DNA of 64,000 nucleotides from Acidobacteriota bacterium (GTDB lineage Bacteria > Acidobacteriota > Vicinamibacteria > Marinacidobacterales > Marinacidobacteraceae), in assembly GCA_028877265.1 (NCBI GenBank), contig JAPPGX010000191.1:66144-130143 (forward strand). Direction: 5' to 3'. Both the position numbers and the translations under genes were made by a program. Each line of letters opens with the position of its first letter. Position 1 is the first letter of the stretch. Below the pieces are notes generated by a model. That model did no database searches. It saw only the letters and a list, made by a program, of their open reading frames with translations, and was not told where the DNA came from. Below are positions 45,501 through 52,071 of this stretch, one piece after another.

Positions 45501-45721
45501 GCCCGATCATGCTGACTTCCCTGACGACCTTCCTGGGTTTCACCCCCCTGATTCTCGAGGACGCGATTCAGGCGCAGTTCTTTGTTCCCTTCTCCGCCTC
45601 GATCGGTTGCGGCATTCTCTTCACCACGGTGATCATCATGTTTCTGGTGCCCGCGCTTTCCTCGATCCACCTGCGCCTTGGCTCGGCCCGGCAACAACTG
45701 GCCGCCGAGGGTTCCGGTTGA
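42518..45721 (+). CDS. RND efflux transporter permease (AcrB/HAE1-like, 12 TM, about 1067 aa)
   Basis: It has an N-terminal TM followed by the large periplasmic loop (PFPGATPQEVEEAIVVKIEDEVRGLAEVKTVRS). Conserved TM4-like block: AFVLAIGIVVDDAIVVSEHI. Its second half is a repeat of the first. Confidence 0.9.
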   Translation: MSSDPGNHAEPRGPIAYMASNGVASNLLMFGILAVGLVSLTGLEQQAWPTVPFNQFEISVPFPGATPQEVEEAIVVKIEDEVRGLAEVKTVRSVAAPGMASVRVEVNSGTDMGAKRDEIESAVARIQTFPGGAERPQIREMTNAQSMMRLVLYGDVPERSLKELAHRIEDDLASLPNVSLVETSGVRNYEISIEVPLERLRALGLTLTDIANTVRRGSLDLSAGSIDTAQSRVRIRTLGQSYDQQDFEDIVVLGRADGTVVRLGEIAEVRDGFHDSGLLVRYQGEPAVFVEVSRADGERVMDVARAVREHVANEIAPSLPDGMGIDIWNDDSSVFSERALLLLKNGALGLLLVLIALGLFLQLRLAFWVAVGLGVSAIGALAAMMVFDIPLHEISLFAFVLAIGIVVDDAIVVSEHIHEERKRGTPGLAAAIRGARRIKVPLVFAVLTTIVAFLPLLFIPAGFGEVWKALPIVAIATLLFSLVESLLVLPNHLSHHLHGPDWAPRTGMERFVARIQNRVDSWLNRFIQGPVDRGIQLATDWPGVTVSAAVALLVLSISLLPAGIVPTTFATKVEGDFAIATLEMPEGTTAPQTYAVAQHLESAGRRAVERLSQSRPADAPPLLSGVTVVVGQRSRLETGGLNPSPTLNPEANVATIEFKLLSAQLRSITSGDVVQAWREEVGVLPQVRAVTFISEIYTLGNPVEAALSHPDPERLNEIANSTVAGLGRVGGVFDIRSDHTPGIPEVQVGLLPEARTLGLTLDDLARQTRAAFFGEEAVRVQRGRDEVRVYVRLPEEQRNAITDVESYRLRTPTGADVPVSRVASLSSGTSPPAIRRQDGQRIVTVTADVDPSVTSAATANDILENTILAGLIAENPELTYTFGGEQQQQLDSLGGLYRGFVIALLLIFALLAIPLRSYTKPFIVMAIIPFGFVGVILGHWMLGVAVSAESFVGIFGLAGVVVNDSLVMIDFTDQKLRDGIPVRTAIIEGAKGRFRPIMLTSLTTFLGFTPLILEDAIQAQFFVPFSASIGCGILFTTVIIMFLVPALSSIHLRLGSARQQLAAEGSG

Positions 45722-45758
45722 CGGGGCGGGCGGACGAAGAGCCCGTCGGGGCGCCGGG

Positions 45759-46814
45759 CTAGCCCGAAAGGGGCCGGCGCGCCACGAAACAGTAGAGCGG
45801 GGTGAAGATCCCCGTCTTGCCCCCCGCGACGTAAGCGTCCGCGGTCCGGTCCAGGAGAGCCACCACCTCCGCCGAGCCCCTCGGGAACGCACCGAAGAAC
45901 TCGGCCAGCCGGACTCCCCACCGCAGCGCCTTGCGGCCCATCGGAATCCGGCGGAACGCGCTGCCGGGCAACCCGCGGAGGGTTTCCATGGGCTGATACC
46001 ACGGCGTGTCCTGACGGTGCCCGTCGGCGGCGAGGTCCTCACCCTCCAGGACTTCGAATCCTGCGGTTGCGAGCGCCCGGTTGACCTCCCCGAACGTCGC
46101 AATGTCCTTGAGCGCGATGCCGTGCATGAGCTCCTGCTTGATGGCGCGGTGCCGGTCGTCCCCCGGGTCGTACAGGTCCGTCATGCACATTTCCTGGCCC
46201 CAGAAGAGGGCTCCAGGTTTCAGCACTCGGTAGATCTCGGCGAACGCGCCCGCCTTGTCGTCCGCGTGGCAGGTTGATTCGATCGCGTAGCCGCGGTCGA
46301 AGGTCCGGTCCGCGATCGCGCTCATGTCCATGAAGCTGCACTGGAGACAGTCGGTCTGGCCGGCGAGCCCCGCGGCCTCGTTCAAGCGCCTTGCGTTGTT
46401 GCACTGGACTTCGCTGGCGTTGATTCCGACAACGCGGACTCCAACCTCCCTCGCCACGCGGCGCATCGGACCGCCGATCCCGCATCCGACATCCACGACG
46501 GTCATGCCCGGACGCAGTTCGAGCCTGGACATCATGAGTCTCTGGTGCCGGATCTTGGAGTCCTCCAGGCTTTCGCCGGGCGACAGCGGCGCAAAGTGCA
46601 GGGACTCTCCCCAACCCATGACCATGAACTCGGTGCAAAGGTCGTAGTACTCCTTGACGGTCCGCGTGTGGTCGTACCCCCCGTCGGCATCCCCCCGGGG
46701 GGATGCCCTGTCGGTCCATCCTTCGAAGTCCCGCACGCGGTTCGTGACGTTTGATCCGCCGAACGCAGTTCTCAACCCATCGGATAGCCCACGGATTTGT
46801 CCGGTGAACTTCAC
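45759..46814 (-). CDS. Sterol 24-C-methyltransferase (Erg6/SMT) homolog, SAM-dependent
   Basis: GTG start at 46814. It shows block-by-block similarity to yeast Erg6 as recalled from memory. [21 protein letters not shown] matches [37 protein letters not shown] matches [25 protein letters not shown] matches [21 protein letters not shown] matches [28 protein letters not shown] matches [27 protein letters not shown] matches [32 protein letters not shown] matches LVAGGKSKLFTPMMLFVARKP. Confidence 0.8.
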   Translation of the reverse strand: [351 protein letters not shown]

Positions 46815-47144
46815 GGCGTGTTCTGGCCCGGTTCCGGCTCTCGCAGGCCACCCGGACGTGCGAAACCGGTTCTTCGCACCGGGGGCCGTTGAAGACGGGG
46901 CCCCGCGGGTCGCGGTTCCGCCAGCGGTCGCGGGGACGCACGGCGGATAGCCGCCACGTCAGCCGGCACCCGGACTTCCCTCCCCCCCAAGACAGTGGAT
47001 AGTCTAGTGGAGGCGTTGCGGACCCCGGGAGCACGCCGAAGGAGATGGACGGATGCGCAGGAAACGCCAACTCTCGCTGTTTCCGGCCGTATCCGGGGTG
47101 CTCTCTGGACGCCCGGACCACCGCCGCGAAGGAGCCGCTGCCGG

Positions 47145-48851
47145 TTGGTGACGTTTCGCTATCTCCTTGTTGCGGGCCTCCTCGGGTTCGCCGGTTGTGC
47201 GCCGGGGCCGGCGGAAACCCGTTTCGAGGTTTCCTTCCCGGCGGAGCTTCACGAAGGACCGATCACCGGCAGGGCCTACGTGGTCATCGGGACCGAGCCG
47301 GACATCGCGGCGATCCGGCAGCGGAGCCTCGGTCACCAGCCGGTGTCCGCCGCGCGCGGCGTCCCGTTCTTCGCGGTGGACGTCGAGGGGCTGGCGTCCG
47401 GCCAACCCGCGGTGATCGACGGTTCCACCCTGGGATACCCGGTTGAGCGCCTCGCCGAACTCCCCGCCGGGGACTACTACGTGCAGGCGCTCCTCGTCCC
47501 GTACACCGAGTTTCACCGCGCCGACGGGCACGTGATCTGGGCCCACCGGGACGAGTGGGAAGGGCAGCACTTCAACTGGGCCCCCGGCACCCTGCTCAGC
47601 GACGCGGAGAGAGTCCGGCTCGATCCGGCGAGCGGCTTCTCCTTCCGCCTGCGCCTCGTCGAGGAACTTCCCGAGATCGAGGTGCCGCCCGACGACATGT
47701 GGGTGCGGCGGGTGAAATTCGAGAGCCCGATGCTCAGCGAGTTCTGGGGCCAACCGGTCTATCTCGGAGCCACCGTGCTGCTTCCGGAGGGATACGACTC
47801 GCATCCGGACACCTGGTACCCAACGGTGTATCAGCAGGGCCATTTCAGCCTCGACCCGCCGTTCGGGTTTTCGGCGGACCCGGTGGAGGAATCGGCAGCC
47901 GCCCGCGCCGCAAGGCTCGAACGCGGGGTCGAGAACGGTTTCGAGTTCTTCGAGTCCTGGCGGTCTCCAGGCTTCCCGCGGATGGTCGCGGTCACCTTCC
48001 AGCACCCGACCCCTTATTTCGACGACTCCTACGCGGTGAATTCGGCCAACAACGGCCCCTACCAGGACGCCCTCATGACCGAGTTGATCCCTTACCTCGA
48101 GGAGCGGTTCCGGATGATCCCGGAGGGGTGGGCGCGCCTGCTCACCGGCGGATCCACCGGCGGATACGAAGCGCTCGCCCTCCAGGCGCACCGGCCGACC
48201 GACTTCGGGGGCGCCTGGGTCTTCTATCCGGATCCCATCGACTTCCGGCGGTTCTTCCTGATCAACATCTACGAGGACGAGAACGCGTTTCGCGCGCCCG
48301 GCTGGAGTGACGGGCAACTCGCTCCCGAGCGCTACGCGTTCCGCGACGATGACGGCCAGCCGCTGCAGAGCATCCGCGAGCTGAGTCGACTGGCGTCCGT
48401 CCTCGGCAGCCGCGGGAGGTCGACCGACTATCTGGAAGCTTGGGAAGCGTCCTTCGGGCCCGTCGGCGAGGACGGCTACCCCCGTCCTCTCTGGGACAAG
48501 CGGACCGGTGTCATCGACCGCGAGGTGGCGCGCTACTGGCGGGAGAACGGCTACGACCTCCGCCACTACCTCGAGACGAACTGGGGAGAGATCGGCCCCG
48601 ACCTGGTGGGCAAACTCCACTTCATCTGCGGGGACATGGACAACTACTACTTCAACCACCCGGTCTATCTCATCGAGGAATTCCTGGAGGCCACCGAGAG
48701 CCCCCACTACGGCGGTTCGTTCCGCTACGGGCGGCCCAACAAGGGACACGGCTGGACGCCGATCACGAACGCGGAGCTGTTCCGGGAAATGGCGGCGCAC
48801 CTGACGCGGAACGCGCCGCCGGGCGCCGACACCCGCGGGTGGAAGTACTGA
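47145..48851 (+). CDS. Putative esterase-family alpha/beta hydrolase lipoprotein (enterochelin-esterase/esterase-D-like)
   Basis: TTG/GTG start at 47145-47148 is preceded by GGAG. Lipobox LLGFAGCA. The serine-hydrolase nucleophile elbow LLTGGSTGGYEAL lies within an alpha/beta region. It has an N-terminal beta-sandwich region. Confidence 0.55.
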   Translation: MVTFRYLLVAGLLGFAGCAPGPAETRFEVSFPAELHEGPITGRAYVVIGTEPDIAAIRQRSLGHQPVSAARGVPFFAVDVEGLASGQPAVIDGSTLGYPVERLAELPAGDYYVQALLVPYTEFHRADGHVIWAHRDEWEGQHFNWAPGTLLSDAERVRLDPASGFSFRLRLVEELPEIEVPPDDMWVRRVKFESPMLSEFWGQPVYLGATVLLPEGYDSHPDTWYPTVYQQGHFSLDPPFGFSADPVEESAAARAARLERGVENGFEFFESWRSPGFPRMVAVTFQHPTPYFDDSYAVNSANNGPYQDALMTELIPYLEERFRMIPEGWARLLTGGSTGGYEALALQAHRPTDFGGAWVFYPDPIDFRRFFLINIYEDENAFRAPGWSDGQLAPERYAFRDDDGQPLQSIRELSRLASVLGSRGRSTDYLEAWEASFGPVGEDGYPRPLWDKRTGVIDREVARYWRENGYDLRHYLETNWGEIGPDLVGKLHFICGDMDNYYFNHPVYLIEEFLEATESPHYGGSFRYGRPNKGHGWTPITNAELFREMAAHLTRNAPPGADTRGWKY

Positions 48852-48911
48852 CCGGCGGTCGTCCGCCGTTCGGGCTGAGACTGCGGCTCCCCGGAGCGTC
48901 GGTTCCAGAGC

Positions 48912-50171
48912 ATGCGTGAGGCCGGACCGGACCGGGCCTTCCGGCGGTTGCGGCTGCTCCTGGCGGCGCTCCTCTTCGTCGGCTACGCGGGCTACTACCT
49001 CGGCCGGGTCACGGTTCCGGTGGCGCTGCCCCTCATCGGCGAAGCCTTCGGTTACTCGAACACCGAGGTCGGCCTGATCCTCTCCGTGTATTTCGCGGTG
49101 TACGCCGCCTCGAAACTCGTGAACGGTTTCCTGGGCGACCGGATCGGCGGCAAGGCGATGTTCTTCATCGGACTGTTCGGGTCCGTCCTGATGAATGCGG
49201 CCTTCGGTTTCGGCCGGGAGCTCTTCCTTTTCGTCGCGATCTGGGGGGTCAACGCCTATTTCCAGACGATGGGCTGGCTCGCCGTCATGCCGATCATGGC
49301 CCGCTGGTACCCGAGCCGCGAGAGCGGCCGCGTGATGGGCTTCATGTCGATCAGCTATCAACTCGGCGACTTCCTCGCCCGGGCCTCGGCCGCGGTGCTG
49401 ATCGTGGCGCTCGGATGGTCGGGACTCTTCTGGGCGCACGCCGTCCTGCTCGCCCTGTTCGGCCTGGCGCTCTTCCGTCTCATCAGACCCGAGCCGCCGT
49501 CGGCAACCTATCCGGCCGGGCTGCGGGAGGCGCAGCCGGAGCCGGCGGCTCCGGGAGCCGAACGGAGCCGATCGCGCCACCGGATGCTCACGAGTCCGGC
49601 CTTCTGGATCCTGTGCACGAGCTACGTCCTCCTTTCCGTCGTCCGTTACAGCTTCTGGGGCTGGTCCGTGGACTATCTGGTCCAGGCCGGTGCCGGGATC
49701 GGCGCGGCGGCCGCGACGTCCGCCCTCTTCCCGCTGCTCGGCTCGGCCGGATCGATCACCGCGGGGTGGGTCTCGGACCGGCTGGGTGCTCGCCGGGGGC
49801 CGGTGCTCGCCGTCATGTGCGCGGTGCTGACCCTTTCCATCTACGTCTTCAGCCGCCTGCCGGTCGCGGAGGGGCCCTGGCTCGCGGCCGCCCTTGGGCT
49901 CGTGGGCTTCACGCTCTACGGCCCGTATTCGCTGATGTCGGGGGCCATGGTCATGGACTTCGGGGGGACGGAGGCCTCGGCCTCCGCTTCGGGCATCGTG
50001 GACGGGATCGGGGCGGCCGGGGCCGTCTTCGCGGGAGTCGGGATGGGGTACCTGATCGATGCCTATGGCTGGGACGGCGCGTTTGGCATCATCGTGGCGA
50101 TGGCTTCGGTCGCGACCGTCCTGAACGCTCTGCTCTGGAGCCATAGGCCGCTGCGCGCGGAGCGCGGCTGA
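48912..50171 (+). CDS. MFS transporter (organophosphate:phosphate / oxalate:formate antiporter-like)
   Basis: 12 predicted TM helices. The MFS motif is GFLGDRIGGK and the loop motif is MARWYPSRESGRVMG. It has two 6-TM halves. Confidence 0.75.
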   Translation: MREAGPDRAFRRLRLLLAALLFVGYAGYYLGRVTVPVALPLIGEAFGYSNTEVGLILSVYFAVYAASKLVNGFLGDRIGGKAMFFIGLFGSVLMNAAFGFGRELFLFVAIWGVNAYFQTMGWLAVMPIMARWYPSRESGRVMGFMSISYQLGDFLARASAAVLIVALGWSGLFWAHAVLLALFGLALFRLIRPEPPSATYPAGLREAQPEPAAPGAERSRSRHRMLTSPAFWILCTSYVLLSVVRYSFWGWSVDYLVQAGAGIGAAAATSALFPLLGSAGSITAGWVSDRLGARRGPVLAVMCAVLTLSIYVFSRLPVAEGPWLAAALGLVGFTLYGPYSLMSGAMVMDFGGTEASASASGIVDGIGAAGAVFAGVGMGYLIDAYGWDGAFGIIVAMASVATVLNALLWSHRPLRAERG

Positions 50172-50186
50172 TCCGGGGGAACGAAC

Positions 50187-51200
50187 ATGCAGGCATCACG
50201 CTGGCTGAATGCGGTGGACACCCACACCGAGGGAGAGCCCACCCGGATCATCACCGGCGGGGTCGGCCATCTGGCCGGCGACTCGGTTTCCGCGAAGCGG
50301 GACTCCTTCCGGCGCCACCTCGACCATCTGCGCACCGCGCTCGTCGCGGAGCCCCGCGGACACAAGGACATGTTCGGATGCGTGCTGACCGAGCCGGCGG
50401 GTCCGGACGCCGAGTTCGGCATGTTCTTCATGGACAACGGCGGCTACCAGGACATGTGCGGTCACGCGACCATCGGGGTTTCGACGGCGCTCGTCGAACT
50501 GGGGATGGCTCCCGGTGAGGGCCCGCGCCGCCGCATCCGGTTCGAGACCCCGGCCGGACCCGTCGAGTCCGTGGTGGCGGTCGAAGACGGGCGGGCCGTC
50601 TCGGTCACATTCCGCGGCGTCCCCTCGTTCGTGGCGCACCTGAACGCCTCCCTGCCGGCGCCCGGGTTCGGCGATCTGAAGGTCGACGTCGCCTACGGTG
50701 GCAACTGGTTCGTCTTCGTGGACGCCGGCGAGCTGGGACTCGAGGTTTCACTCCGGAACATCCGCGAGGTCGTGGATCTGGGGATGCGGGCGCGGGAAGC
50801 CGCGAACCGGATCCTGCCGGTCCGCCATCCGGAAATCCCCGGGAGCGACCACATCAACATCGCCACCGTGCTGGCGCGCCCGGAGAACCCCGCGGCGACC
50901 TATCGGAACGTGCACGTCTTCGGGCCGCGTCAGTTCGACCGCTCCCCCGGCGGCACCGGCAACTGCGCCCGCCTGGCGGTGCTGCATCGGAAAGGAGAGC
51001 TGGGCCCGAAGCGCTCGGTACGCATCGAGAGCGTGACCGGCGGGACGTTCGTGGCGCGGATGCTTGGGGAGACCCGGGTTGGGGACCGGCAGGCCGTCGT
51101 GCCGGAAATCACGGGCTCCGCGCACGTCACCGGGTTCCACCAGTTCCCGCTGGATCCCCGCGACCGCCTGGGTCACGGGTTCTCGACGGAATCGGTGTAA
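50187..51200 (+). CDS. Proline racemase family protein (4-hydroxyproline epimerase / 3-hydroxyproline dehydratase-like)
   Basis: Family blocks present: VDTHTEGEPTRII, GGYQDMCGHATIG (first catalytic Cys) and DRSPGGTGNCARLA (second catalytic position atypical). Confidence 0.8.
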   Translation: MQASRWLNAVDTHTEGEPTRIITGGVGHLAGDSVSAKRDSFRRHLDHLRTALVAEPRGHKDMFGCVLTEPAGPDAEFGMFFMDNGGYQDMCGHATIGVSTALVELGMAPGEGPRRRIRFETPAGPVESVVAVEDGRAVSVTFRGVPSFVAHLNASLPAPGFGDLKVDVAYGGNWFVFVDAGELGLEVSLRNIREVVDLGMRAREAANRILPVRHPEIPGSDHINIATVLARPENPAATYRNVHVFGPRQFDRSPGGTGNCARLAVLHRKGELGPKRSVRIESVTGGTFVARMLGETRVGDRQAVVPEITGSAHVTGFHQFPLDPRDRLGHGFSTESV

Positions 51201-51222
51201 CCGTCGAGCGACCCCGGCGGAC

Positions 51223-52011
51223 TTAACCGGGCTCTTCGACGAGGGACAACGTCAGCTCCGCGAACGGCTCCTCCCGCACACTCGCGGGCAGTTCCTGAAT
51301 GAGGCCGATCGGTTCATGGGGTGTGACATCGGCGTTCCGGGCGGTGAACGTCGCCCCGCTGTCGGTCCCCGAGTCGTAGCCGATCAGCTCCACCCCGATT
51401 CGTTCCATCCAGCATCCACCGGCTTCCATCAGGGGCATCCCGCTCACCCCGACGAACCAGTCGGGGCTGGGTGCGATCATCGAGACCAGAGTCATCAGCG
51501 GGTGTTCTGCCGTCGCCTCGAAGATCAGCCCGACCGATCCCGGCGACGGGAAGGAGGCCTCCGAGCCTCTCACGCAGGTGGTGCTCCCACCGCGATCCGC
51601 CTCCGCGTCGATTTCCCGGCAGAGCGAGGACACGCTGCCGGTCTCAGCCATGTTCTCGATGCCCGGAGTGGCAATGCCGCCGGAACTCCAGAACGAAACC
51701 TCCGGCGCGTGGGCTGCCCCGGCCACGCGGGAAAAGTGCGCTCCCGACGGGAAGGGCGGCTGGTTGCCGTGCGAGGACGCATTCCAGACGGCCCGGAACG
51801 TCACCGCGTAGGTCGCTGAATCCGGGCACTCGGGTTCGGGTTCCGGCATCGGCGTCGGAGCCGGCGAAGGCGGAGCCGGGGGCGCAGGCGCCGGGGGAGG
51901 CGTCGGCGCCGGCGTGGAAGGTGCATCGGACCCGCACGCCAGCGCGAACAGAGCGAGGACGAGACAGGCGAACGCGCCAAGGCGGGAAGTGCGCGTGACT
52001 GACGGGAGCAT
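51223..52011 (-). CDS. Spondin_N (reeler-like) domain lipoprotein with Pro-rich linker
   Basis: Lipobox LFALACGSD, then a PAPTPPPAPAPPAPPSPAPTP linker. The spondin_N-like core is CPDSATYAVTFRAVWNASSHG ... FPSGAHFSRVAGAAH ... PDWFVGVSG. Confidence 0.6.
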   Translation of the reverse strand: MLPSVTRTSRLGAFACLVLALFALACGSDAPSTPAPTPPPAPAPPAPPSPAPTPMPEPEPECPDSATYAVTFRAVWNASSHGNQPPFPSGAHFSRVAGAAHAPEVSFWSSGGIATPGIENMAETGSVSSLCREIDAEADRGGSTTCVRGSEASFPSPGSVGLIFEATAEHPLMTLVSMIAPSPDWFVGVSGMPLMEAGGCWMERIGVELIGYDSGTDSGATFTARNADVTPHEPIGLIQELPASVREEPFAELTLSLVEEPG

Positions 52012-52071
52012 CCCCCGCCACGGTAGCGCAGCGCCCGACGGATTCACCGAGCAGCCCCGTCCGCGCGCCGG

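Noticed and set aside
36528-45721. Possibility that OMF-MFP and the RND pump are unrelated systems that merely lie nearby
   Set aside because: This is not fully rejected. However, the OMF and MFP genes overlap by 4 bp, no other pump gene follows them, and the only RND permease lies in the same orientation 4.8 kb downstream with no second MFP. A single split operon is therefore the simplest reading.
47004-50144. 1046-aa minus-strand ORF spanning the esterase and MFS genes
   Set aside because: It is antisense to two genes with clear motifs (GGSTGG elbow, MFS signature) and has extreme Arg/Gly/Asp/Pro composition.
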